From the NCBI GenBank assembly GCA_008080915.1, contig VMDI01000049.1, positions 1 through 56,045 of the forward strand: DNA of 56,045 bases, given 5' to 3'. The notes under the pieces are model-generated. The model did not search any database and was not told the origin of the DNA. It saw only the letters and a list, made by a program, of their open reading frames with translations. The first letter of the stretch is position 1. Each line of letters begins with the position of its first letter. The position numbers and the translations under genes are program-made. Of this stretch, positions 23,545 to 30,622 are shown in pieces. This stretch comes from Gammaproteobacteria bacterium (GTDB lineage Bacteria > Pseudomonadota > Gammaproteobacteria > PS1 > Pseudothioglobaceae).

Positions 23545-23877
23545 TTATTCGCTATCCTCAACTAAATCATCTAATTCTTCATCTACAGCAACCTGAGAAA
23601 GCTCCTCTTCGACTTCACTCATCAAGTTTTGTTGATTGATTTGATCTTGTGCAGATAACTCCTCTTCCATCTCATACTCTTCAGTCAGGATGCTTTTATC
23701 AATTAACCCCTCTTCTATCTCTCTTAGGGCAACAATGGCAGGCTTGTCTTTACCAACATCTAGAGTTGATTTAAAACCACCTGAGTTCAACTGGTGCGCT
23801 CTTTTTGCAGCAACTAATATTAAATCAAACCTATTTGGTATATACTTTAAACAATCTTCTACGGTTACTCTTGCCAT
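23545..23877 (-). CDS. rpoZ: DNA-directed RNA polymerase subunit omega
   Basis: Canonical N-terminus MARVTVEDC...[13 protein letters not shown]. Acidic C-terminal tail. Confidence 0.95.
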   Translation of the reverse strand: MARVTVEDCLKYIPNRFDLILVAAKRAHQLNSGGFKSTLDVGKDKPAIVALREIEEGLIDKSILTEEYEMEEELSAQDQINQQNLMSEVEEELSQVAVDEELDDLVEDSE

Positions 23878-23926
23878 TGATACTTTGAATGTGAAAAAAA
23901 AGAGAATTTTACACGAAAGACTTTAA

Positions 23927-24595
23927 ATGGAAAGACTCATCATACTTGATACTGAAACCACAGGGCTTGAACCCAGTCAGGGTCATCGAATTATTGAAAT
24001 TGGGTGCTGTGAAATTATCAAAAGAATGCCAACTGACCATGAATTCCATGAATACATTCAACCTAATAAAAGTGTGGGTGAGTCAGTTAAGATTCATGGC
24101 ATCACGGATGAGTTTTTAAAAGGGAGGCCTGTCTTCGAAGAGATTGCTGAAGAGTTTCTTGAGTTTATTGAAGGCTCAACCCTGGTCATTCATAACGCCC
24201 CATTTGACTTGGGTTTTTTAAATCATGAGTTAAAACTCATGGGTGTTGAAGATCTGATTGAGAATAGATGTAATGTTATTGATACATTGGAGATGGCTAA
24301 ACAGAAATTTCCTGGTGCGATGCATAACTTAGACGCGCTTTGCAGACGCTTCGAGATAGATGCAAGCGCTAGAACTGTTCATGGCGCTCTTTTGGATGCT
24401 CAAATTCTCTCCCAAGTCTATATTGCTATGACTGGCGGTCAATCAAATTTATTCAATGAAAATGAAGAAAAAAGCCAACAGTCTTCTGAAAATTTAAACA
24501 CCCCCTCAAGCGCTTCTTGGCCAGATTTATCTATCTGCTATGCCAGTGAAAATGAAGTTCAGGAACACGCCAATTATTTTGCCAAGTTTAATTGA
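23927..24595 (+). CDS. dnaQ: DNA polymerase III subunit epsilon
   Basis: Exo I ILDTETTGL, Exo II HNAPFDLGFL, Exo III HGALLDAQIL. 222 aa. Confidence 0.9.
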   Translation: MERLIILDTETTGLEPSQGHRIIEIGCCEIIKRMPTDHEFHEYIQPNKSVGESVKIHGITDEFLKGRPVFEEIAEEFLEFIEGSTLVIHNAPFDLGFLNHELKLMGVEDLIENRCNVIDTLEMAKQKFPGAMHNLDALCRRFEIDASARTVHGALLDAQILSQVYIAMTGGQSNLFNENEEKSQQSSENLNTPSSASWPDLSICYASENEVQEHANYFAKFN

Positions 24596-24619
24596 CTAGG
24601 CAGACTATCAAAGTATAAT
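24592..24619 (+). promoter_or_regulatory. Sigma70-type promoter of the tRNA-Pro/Arg/His cluster
   Basis: TTGACT (24592-24597), 16-nt spacer, TATAAT (24614-24619). The first tRNA begins 12 nt downstream. The -35 overlaps the dnaQ stop codon. Confidence 0.6.
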
Positions 24620-24630
24620 TTACCCTTTCT

Positions 24631-24707
24631 CGGAGTGTAGCGCAGTCTGGTAGCGCATCTGGTTTGGGACCAGGTGGTCGGGGGTTCGAATCCCTCCACT
24701 CCGACCA
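24631..24707 (+). tRNA. tRNA-Pro (anticodon UGG)
   Basis: Cloverleaf by hand: acceptor CGGAGTG/CACTCCG, anticodon loop TTTGGGA, T-loop GGGGGTTCGAATCCCTC, encoded CCA. Close to E. coli proM. Confidence 0.92.
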
Positions 24708-24731
24708 GATTCTGCTGTCTAAAAAGTTTAT

Positions 24732-24808
24732 GCGCCCTTAGCTCAGCTGGATAGAGCAACGGCCTTCTAAGCCGTAGGTCAAACGTTCGAATCGTTTAGG
24801 GCGTGCCA
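24732..24808 (+). tRNA. tRNA-Arg (anticodon UCU)
   Basis: Acceptor GCGCCCT/AGGGCGT (G1-U72), anticodon stem ACGGC/GCCGT, loop CTTCTAA, T-arm AAACG-TTCGAAT-CGTTT, encoded CCA. Confidence 0.9.
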
Positions 24809-24814
24809 TTTTGT

Positions 24815-24891
24815 GGCGAGTGTAGCTCAGTTGGTAGAGCCCCGGATTGTGATTCCGGTTGTCGCGGGTTCGAGCCCCGTCTCTCGCCCCA
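24815..24891 (+). tRNA. tRNA-His (anticodon GUG, with G-1)
   Basis: Extra 5' G opposite C73, anticodon stem CCGGA/TCCGG, loop TTGTGAT, encoded CCA. One U-U mismatch at 6:67 in my hand fold. Confidence 0.88.
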
Positions 24892-25356
24892 TTATTTAAC
24901 TTTACAATCACCTATTAGTTCATAGAGTCTCACATTCTTAGTTCCATTCTCAATATGACCCTTGCCAATTTTTTTCGTTGGGTTTTGAGAATTGAAAGTA
25001 TGAAGCTGAATAAATGTCATCCCCGTATCACGATGGACATCTATATATATATCAACTTTAAGATCATCTTCTAGAGTCACTGTATCTGTACTTTTATAAT
25101 AGTTGTCAGTTAGAGATAACTTGGATTTAAATTCAAATGGATAATTCAACGAGACCATCTCATTTTCAATGCCTACGACAAAAGGCTTGACCCCTAACTC
25201 TTTCATTCCAGCCCATTCACCCCACCAAGATTCCTCACCATTAATCACATAATCTTGCGTCTCCATTCCTTCACATTGAAACTTTCTATCTTTAGAATGA
25301 ATTGAGAAAGAGATAGAGATTAATGAGATAAATATTGTGGTCGCTAAATTTTTCAT
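24892..25356 (-). CDS. Hypothetical secreted protein with two Cys (N-proximal C, C-terminal C-K-V-K)
   Basis: 154 aa with signal peptide MKNLATTIFISLISISFSIHS. The stop codon directly abuts the tRNA-His 3' end. No family recognised. Confidence 0.6.
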   Translation of the reverse strand: MKNLATTIFISLISISFSIHSKDRKFQCEGMETQDYVINGEESWWGEWAGMKELGVKPFVVGIENEMVSLNYPFEFKSKLSLTDNYYKSTDTVTLEDDLKVDIYIDVHRDTGMTFIQLHTFNSQNPTKKIGKGHIENGTKNVRLYELIGDCKVK

Positions 25357-25403
25357 GGAAGCTATTCTAATAGTTTATGAGTGAATTTTTTTATATTTAA
25401 AAA

Positions 25404-25426
25404 ATAGATAATATAAATTTATCTAT
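25404..25426. promoter_or_regulatory. Inverted repeat ATAGATAA-N7-TTATCTAT in a divergent promoter region (candidate operator)
   Basis: Perfect 8-bp arms (25404-25411 / 25419-25426) between the divergent genes 24892..25356 (-) and 25518..25709 (+). Confidence 0.4.
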
Positions 25427-25461
25427 CGATTTTTTCGATAACGATAATTATTTTTTTTTGT

Positions 25462-25490
25462 TTTACATATTTTCAACCCAGTAATACTAT
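25462..25490 (+). promoter_or_regulatory. Sigma70-type promoter of the 25518..25798 micro-operon
   Basis: TTTACA (25462-25467), 17-nt spacer, TACTAT (25485-25490). A strong Shine-Dalgarno GAGGAGG lies at 25507-25513. Confidence 0.5.
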
Positions 25491-25517
25491 GGTTTACAAA
25501 TAACTTGAGGAGGTTAT

Positions 25518-25709
25518 ATGAATAACGAAAAATTACTTAATGAACTACTAGTCGTTAGATCTTGTGTTCAATCACAAGTCCCAGATGCCAGTGTCCGAAC
25601 TCAGATGCTGACAATTCTTGACAAAAGAATCAATGAAATAACGGATGAGCTGAACGCAATTGAAGAGGCTCAAATTTTTGGTGCAGATATGGCTATGGAT
25701 GTAGCCTAG
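25518..25709 (+). CDS. Hypothetical small helical protein (63 aa)
   Basis: ORF with a near-consensus SD (GAGGAGG) 4 nt upstream and a predicted promoter. No signal peptide. No family recognised. Confidence 0.6.
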   Translation: MNNEKLLNELLVVRSCVQSQVPDASVRTQMLTILDKRINEITDELNAIEEAQIFGADMAMDVA

Positions 25710-25717
25710 GAGATATT

Positions 25718-25798
25718 ATGAAAACAATCGTATCAGTATCAGCAGCCACATTAACTTTAGTAGTGGCCTTTATAGCTGTAATTTCTACATTAATCTAA
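25718..25798 (+). CDS. Unannotated 26-aa hydrophobic peptide MKTIVSVSAATLTLVVAFIAVISTLI (single TM helix)
   Basis: ATG at 25718 is preceded by AGGAGA (25708-25713), which overlaps the stop of the 63-aa gene. In-frame TAA at 25796-25798, with a GC-rich hairpin 6 nt downstream. Below the ORF-track length cutoff. Confidence 0.4.
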   Translation: MKTIVSVSAATLTLVVAFIAVISTLI

Positions 25799-25804
25799 TC
25801 CATC

Positions 25805-25827
25805 TTGAGCGCGCACTGCGCGCTCAA
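25805..25827. terminator. GC-rich perfect hairpin between convergent genes (terminator/RNA-stability element without U-tract)
   Basis: TTGAGCGCGC-ACT-GCGCGCTCAA, a 10-bp stem. Its right arm contains the stop codon (25824-25826) of the minus-strand gene. Confidence 0.5.
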
Positions 25828-26279
25828 TTACCAAATTCATTCCAATTTTTATGTTTCAATTTACATGTAGCTTGGAGCTGTATCCTGCCTTTATTTGCTG
25901 CAAATCTATCAGTTTTTAAATTAAGTTTTGCAGAGTCTTGATTGCTTGACCAATATAAGTTGTCTCCAGCCTTACCTATAAAAGAATAATCTTTAAAGTT
26001 TTTGACACTTAGCTGATTGCCGAAGCTTATTTTTTCCCAATATGTCTCTGGCGAATAAATCACCTCCCTCTTGTCTCTATATGCAATTAATCTTTTAAGT
26101 GTGATTGATGAGAAATCTATCACCTCGCCTATGCATGTTAGTATTTTCGGCATCCCTGCTAATTGTGTGTGCTCAAAACTGATTGGCATTAGAATGATCT
26201 CTTCATTAAAAGAGTCCTCTTTATATTCGGCATATGCAGAGAGACTTGACAAGAATGCTGCAATAATTAAAAACCTCAT
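25824..26279 (-). CDS. Hypothetical secreted protein with two Cys (C-terminal C-K-L-K)
   Basis: Start placed at MRFLIIAAFLSSLSAYA (26279) because of the signal-peptide shape and GGAGA 8 nt upstream; the longest ORF extends to 26315. No family recognised. Confidence 0.6.
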   Translation of the reverse strand: MRFLIIAAFLSSLSAYAEYKEDSFNEEIILMPISFEHTQLAGMPKILTCIGEVIDFSSITLKRLIAYRDKREVIYSPETYWEKISFGNQLSVKNFKDYSFIGKAGDNLYWSSNQDSAKLNLKTDRFAANKGRIQLQATCKLKHKNWNEFGN

Positions 26280-26349
26280 AATAATCTCCACAAAATTAGT
26301 GCATAAAGAACACAAACATACAACTCTTAAAGTATTAATATGAACAATT

Positions 26350-26559
26350 ATGCAATTTACAAGATTATATTTTGTTGTTTTTCTGAGCTTTCTGTCTCAA
26401 TTTACTTTTGCAAATGGCGAGACTGAATCTGATGAAAGTTTACTTAGTGAACTTCAATCAGAACTGCAAGAGGTAATTAACTGGGAGTGTAGCCCAGATA
26501 ATCCCTCTTTAGGTAAGTTCATTAATTTGAAATGTAATTTATTGTCAACAGGCGATTAG
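26350..26559 (+). CDS. Hypothetical small secreted acidic protein with two Cys (69 aa)
   Basis: Signal peptide MQFTRLYFVVFLSFLSQFTFA. Overlaps the convergent CDGSH gene by 4 nt. Confidence 0.45.
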   Translation: MQFTRLYFVVFLSFLSQFTFANGETESDESLLSELQSELQEVINWECSPDNPSLGKFINLKCNLLSTGD

Positions 26560-26804
26560 CTGTTATTGTGAGACCCGTCGCAAAATGGTTTGACGTTGGT
26601 TTTGCCACAACCGCAAACATAAATCTGTTGGTCTGCAGGTGCAATATGCTCTAAGGGTTCATACTCACTACCTTGATGAGACCCATCACAATATGGTGGG
26701 CTTGAGGTTTTTCCACACTGACATATATAAACGGTATCACCCTTGGATAAATCTAAAACATGAGGTTCGCCTTTGGTATACATATTATCTCTCCTTTTAT
26801 TCAA
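26556..26804 (-). CDS. CDGSH iron-sulfur domain protein (two CDGSH motifs)
   Basis: 82 aa containing C.C...PYCDGSH and C.C...PFCDGSH. Confidence 0.85.
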   Translation of the reverse strand: MNKRRDNMYTKGEPHVLDLSKGDTVYICQCGKTSSPPYCDGSHQGSEYEPLEHIAPADQQIYVCGCGKTNVKPFCDGSHNNS

Positions 26805-27466
26805 TTCGTTAAATTCGCAAGCTTATTTCGATAAGACTTACTTAATTCAATATCGGTTTGTTCAAGCATATTTGCAACTGTGATAATCATCTCTTTTGCA
26901 GCACCCTCTTTAAATGCGCTATCTTTTTCCATGATTACAAATAGTTGATCCATCCCACTCTCAATATTATGCTCAGAAAAGTAGCAGATTGCTAAATCAA
27001 ATTTAGCTTGCATATTCTCTGGCTCAGTAAAAATTCGTTCTCTTAGAGAATCCTTGCCTTCAGTCTTCGAGGCAAGTGTCTTAAGATTAATCTGGGTATT
27101 CAAACTATTCCCCATAGAGGTCTCAACAATCGTATCAGGAAACTTACTAAATAAAGAAATTGCTTGTTCTAACTCATCAATATCCAAAAATACCTGGACC
27201 ATATCCATGGCGACATCAAGATTCGATGAATCTTCTTGAATGGCCTCAGTTAATAATAAAATAGCTTTAGAGCTATTTCCATTAAGATGCTCTTCTCTAG
27301 CTTGTGATTGTAAGTCAGATGATTTTGTTGGTTTTTCTATCATAAGTTTATAGGCCAAAAAAAAGATGATACTTGAAAAAACATTCACCATAAACCAAAA
27401 AAGCCAAGCCCTGGAGGTCATATCTGAGTGTGTTGATCTATCAAAATCGAAAATCAAAGATGCCAT
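26801..27466 (-). CDS. Membrane-anchored TPR protein resembling the C-terminal domain of YbbN/CnoX (no thioredoxin domain)
   Basis: N-terminal TM helix, then TPR-like helices ending ..FKEGAAKEMIITVANML......YRNKLANL, like the YbbN C-terminus. Start uncertain (27466, 27421 or 27391). Confidence 0.65.
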   Translation of the reverse strand: MASLIFDFDRSTHSDMTSRAWLFWFMVNVFSSIIFFLAYKLMIEKPTKSSDLQSQAREEHLNGNSSKAILLLTEAIQEDSSNLDVAMDMVQVFLDIDELEQAISLFSKFPDTIVETSMGNSLNTQINLKTLASKTEGKDSLRERIFTEPENMQAKFDLAICYFSEHNIESGMDQLFVIMEKDSAFKEGAAKEMIITVANMLEQTDIELSKSYRNKLANLTN

Positions 27467-28184
27467 GGAGAAGGGTTCCGTCTGGTTGGATGATGGTTCA
27501 AAAGTTTCCAGAATTAGACGCTCAAAAAATGAGGTATTGCCAGGTCAGACAATTTACTTATATTATGATGAACAAATTCTCTCGAAAATCCCTGCAAAGC
27601 CTTTACTCATAGATTCCATGAAAACATATAGCGTTTGGTTTAAGCCAAAAGGAATTTTTTCTCAAGGTTCTAAATGGGGTGATCATTGCTCCATTATTCG
27701 TATTGCCTCAAAAGAACTCCAAAAAGACTCATTTCCCGTTCATCGTTTGGATAGAGCAACTTCAGGACTAATGGTAATTGCCCACTCAAAGAATTCTGCA
27801 AGGCTTCTGTCCGATCAGTTTGCTCAACGAGAGATTAAGAAAAAATATTTGGCTATTTGTGATGGGGTTATCGATACTAATAAAATCATTGATTATGAGC
27901 TAGATGGTAAAGACGCTTTGACTGAGATATTTCCAGTAGATACTCATCATGATAAATCACTCATAGAGATAAATATTAAGACAGGTAGAAAGCACCAAAT
28001 AAGGAGACATTTATCCATGATTGATCATCCTGTCATTGGTGACAGACTATACAGTGATAGTTCAGTGAAACATGAGATTGATCTCTGCCTACAATCGATT
28101 TACTTGGGTTTTACTTGTGTAGAAACTGGGAATTGGAGAGAGTTTAATATAGATGAATCTCAAAAGCTTAAACTGGAAAAGTAA
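27366..28184 (+). CDS. RluA-family pseudouridine synthase with N-terminal S4-like segment
   Basis: Catalytic motif HRLDRATSGLMV and KKYLAI...GRKHQIRRHL. 272 aa. Confidence 0.85.
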   Translation: MILEKTFTINQKSQALEVISECVDLSKSKIKDAMEKGSVWLDDGSKVSRIRRSKNEVLPGQTIYLYYDEQILSKIPAKPLLIDSMKTYSVWFKPKGIFSQGSKWGDHCSIIRIASKELQKDSFPVHRLDRATSGLMVIAHSKNSARLLSDQFAQREIKKKYLAICDGVIDTNKIIDYELDGKDALTEIFPVDTHHDKSLIEINIKTGRKHQIRRHLSMIDHPVIGDRLYSDSSVKHEIDLCLQSIYLGFTCVETGNWREFNIDESQKLKLEK

Positions 28185-28232
28185 TTCACAGGTTTGTAGT
28201 AAAGCTTTAACCTCAAACCCATAAGTACTTAA

Positions 28233-28261
28233 CTTGATTATGTATCATATAATCCATATCT
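28233..28261 (+). promoter_or_regulatory. Possible sigma32 (heat-shock) promoter upstream of htpX
   Basis: CTTGATT (28233-28239) and CCATATCT (28254-28261), compared with consensus CTTGAAA-N13/14-CCCCATNT. The match is partial. Confidence 0.3.
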
Positions 28262-28290
28262 AATATCTAAATTAACTATTAAACAAAACT

Positions 28291-29184
28291 ATGAAAAGAA
28301 TCTTTTTATTTCTTGCTACGAATATTGCCATAATCGTCCTTCTCAGTATTACCTTAAGAATCCTTGGTGTAGATAGTTTACTAGCTGAGAATGGCTCTGA
28401 TCTTAATCTCAATGCTTTACTAATCTTTGCATCTGTTTTTGGATTTGGTGGTGCATTCATCTCTCTTGCTGCCTCTAAATGGATGGCTAAGAAAATGACC
28501 GGTGTAAGAATTATCGACTCTCCTTCAAATAATGTTGAAAAGTGGATTATTGACACCGTGGAAAAACAATCAAAAACGGTTGGTATCAAAATGCCAGAAG
28601 TAGGGATTTTCCCATCACCTGCTATGAACGCGTTTGCAACGGGTGCTAGTAAAAACAATGCCTTGGTAGCAGTTTCACAAGGCCTTTTAGATAATATGTC
28701 GCAAGGTGAAATTGAAGCAGTGATTGGACATGAAATGAGTCATGTGGCAAATGGAGACATGGTGACTTTGACTCTCATTCAAGGAGTGGTCAATACCTTT
28801 GTTATTTTCTTCTCAAGAATCATTGGTCATTTTGTTGATAGAGTCATACTTAAGAATGACAGAGGTTATGGAATTGGTTATTTCGTCGCAACTATCTTTG
28901 CAGAAATTATTCTCTCAATTCTTGCTTCAACGATTGTGATGTATTTCTCTAGGAAAAGAGAATTTGTAGCAGACACTGGTGGTGCTGATTTAGCGGGTCA
29001 TGGCAATATGATCAATGCGCTCAAAAGGCTGGGGCAATTAGAGCCTGATGCCCTTCCTGAGCAAATGGCAGCCTTCGGTATCAATGATAAAAAAGGAATG
29101 ATGTCATTATTTTCATCACACCCTTCTATTGAATCCCGTATTAAAGCTCTGGAAAAAAGAGCCAACGCTCTTGGCAAATCATAG
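28291..29184 (+). CDS. htpX: Membrane zinc metalloprotease HtpX
   Basis: 297 aa with HEMSH zinc motif, four TM segments and the typical HtpX N-terminus. Confidence 0.95.
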   Translation: MKRIFLFLATNIAIIVLLSITLRILGVDSLLAENGSDLNLNALLIFASVFGFGGAFISLAASKWMAKKMTGVRIIDSPSNNVEKWIIDTVEKQSKTVGIKMPEVGIFPSPAMNAFATGASKNNALVAVSQGLLDNMSQGEIEAVIGHEMSHVANGDMVTLTLIQGVVNTFVIFFSRIIGHFVDRVILKNDRGYGIGYFVATIFAEIILSILASTIVMYFSRKREFVADTGGADLAGHGNMINALKRLGQLEPDALPEQMAAFGINDKKGMMSLFSSHPSIESRIKALEKRANALGKS

Positions 29185-29960
29185 TGTCGATTGAGATAAA
29201 AAACCAAGAAGCAATTGACAAAATGCGAGTTGCAGGGCAGCTCGCTGCCTCAGTGCTTGATATGATTGGGCCTCATGTTAAAGCCGGAGTTTCAACAGAT
29301 GAGCTTGATAGACTCTGTCATGATTTTATCACCAACGAATTAGATGCAATCCCTGCACCTCTTAACTATCATGGATTCCCGAAATCAATTTGCACAAGTG
29401 TTAATAATGTTGTGTGTCATGGTATCCCTGGAGATAAAACGCTCAAAAAAGGAGATATTATTAATATTGATATCACCGTTATCAAAGATGGTTACCATGG
29501 CGATACCTCTAAAATGTTCATTGTTGGTAAATCAAGTGTTAAGGCTCAAAGAATCTGTCGCATTGCGCAGGAGTGTATGTACATTGGTATAGAGAAAGTC
29601 AAGCCAGGTATTCATCTTGGTGAAATTGGGATTGCTATTGAAAATCATGCAAACAAAAACAACTGCTCAGTTGTTCGCGATTACTGTGGTCATGGAATCG
29701 GTCAAACCTTCCATGCAGCCCCTCAAGTACTTCACTATGATGACGGTAACTTGAAAAAAAGTCCTGTTCTTGAAGCAGGAATGACTTTTACGATTGAGCC
29801 AATGGTAAATCTTGGAGGGTATGAGGTTAATACTTCCCAAGTTGATGGCTGGACAGTCACGACTAAAGATAAATCCTTATCTGCTCAATGGGAGCACACT
29901 ATCTTAGTCACAGAAACCGGTTATGAAATCCTTACCTTGAGAGACGAAGAGTCGGTCTAA
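29184..29960 (+). CDS. map: Methionine aminopeptidase, type I
   Basis: 258 aa with a GTG start overlapping the htpX stop by 1 nt. Motifs VCHGIP, DI....DGYHGD, GHGIG. Confidence 0.95.
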   Translation: MSIEIKNQEAIDKMRVAGQLAASVLDMIGPHVKAGVSTDELDRLCHDFITNELDAIPAPLNYHGFPKSICTSVNNVVCHGIPGDKTLKKGDIINIDITVIKDGYHGDTSKMFIVGKSSVKAQRICRIAQECMYIGIEKVKPGIHLGEIGIAIENHANKNNCSVVRDYCGHGIGQTFHAAPQVLHYDDGNLKKSPVLEAGMTFTIEPMVNLGGYEVNTSQVDGWTVTTKDKSLSAQWEHTILVTETGYEILTLRDEESV

Positions 29961-30012
29961 TTCACCTGAATTCAATGTGATAAAATATGCCTTTTTTCTA
30001 GGTTAATTTGGC

Positions 30013-30621
30013 GTGAAACGCTTACGAAGTTACTTCATCTCTGGACTATTGGTTTGGATACCCCTTGGGTTATCATTTGTCGTCATCAAATTCTTCATTG
30101 AGTTTTTCGACAACCTTATCCCTCGTCAATACCATCCTGAGGTCATGCTGGGATACCCCATGGACATTCCAGGCACTGGGGTTGCAGTTGTTTTAATTAT
30201 TACCCTAGTCACTGGTCTTCTAGTTAGAAACTTAGTTGGACAAAAGATTCTCAACCTTTGGGAAAACCTGTTAAATAAAATTCCAGGATTTAGAGGTCTT
30301 TACAAAACATTCAAGCAGGTTTCTTCAACCGTTCTTAATGATTCTGGAGAAAGCTTTAAAAAAGCGCTCCTAATTGAGTATCCAAGAAAAGGCTTATGGA
30401 CGATCGCATTTCAAACTGGCGGTCCTGTTGAAGAAATTGAAAATAAAGTTGGAAAAGATTTGGTCAATATCTATGTACCAACTACACCAAACCCAACTTC
30501 TGGATTTTTTATAATGATTCCGAAAAAAGACGTCATAGAACTGGATATGAGTGTTGACGCAGCGTTTAAATTAATTATTTCAACGGGAGTAGTTGCTCCT
30601 GAAAAAGTCGATAAGGATTAA
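30013..30621 (+). CDS. DUF502 family membrane protein
   Basis: 202 aa with a GTG start, two N-terminal TM helices, and the P.TPNPTSGF motif typical of DUF502. Confidence 0.8.
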   Translation: MKRLRSYFISGLLVWIPLGLSFVVIKFFIEFFDNLIPRQYHPEVMLGYPMDIPGTGVAVVLIITLVTGLLVRNLVGQKILNLWENLLNKIPGFRGLYKTFKQVSSTVLNDSGESFKKALLIEYPRKGLWTIAFQTGGPVEEIENKVGKDLVNIYVPTTPNPTSGFFIMIPKKDVIELDMSVDAAFKLIISTGVVAPEKVDKD

Positions 30622-30622
30622 T

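Noticed and set aside
24574-24759. 61-aa ORF on the minus strand.
   Set aside because: It lies antisense across tRNA-Pro and tRNA-Arg. Its sequence (..GVEGFEPPT..RLRYTP..) is the typical translation artefact of tRNA genes.
24892-26559. Integrative element or prophage remnant at the tRNA cluster.
   Set aside because: There is no integrase, transposase or phage-like gene, and I did not spot a direct repeat of the tRNA-His 3' end downstream. I kept it only as a small accessory islet (see findings).
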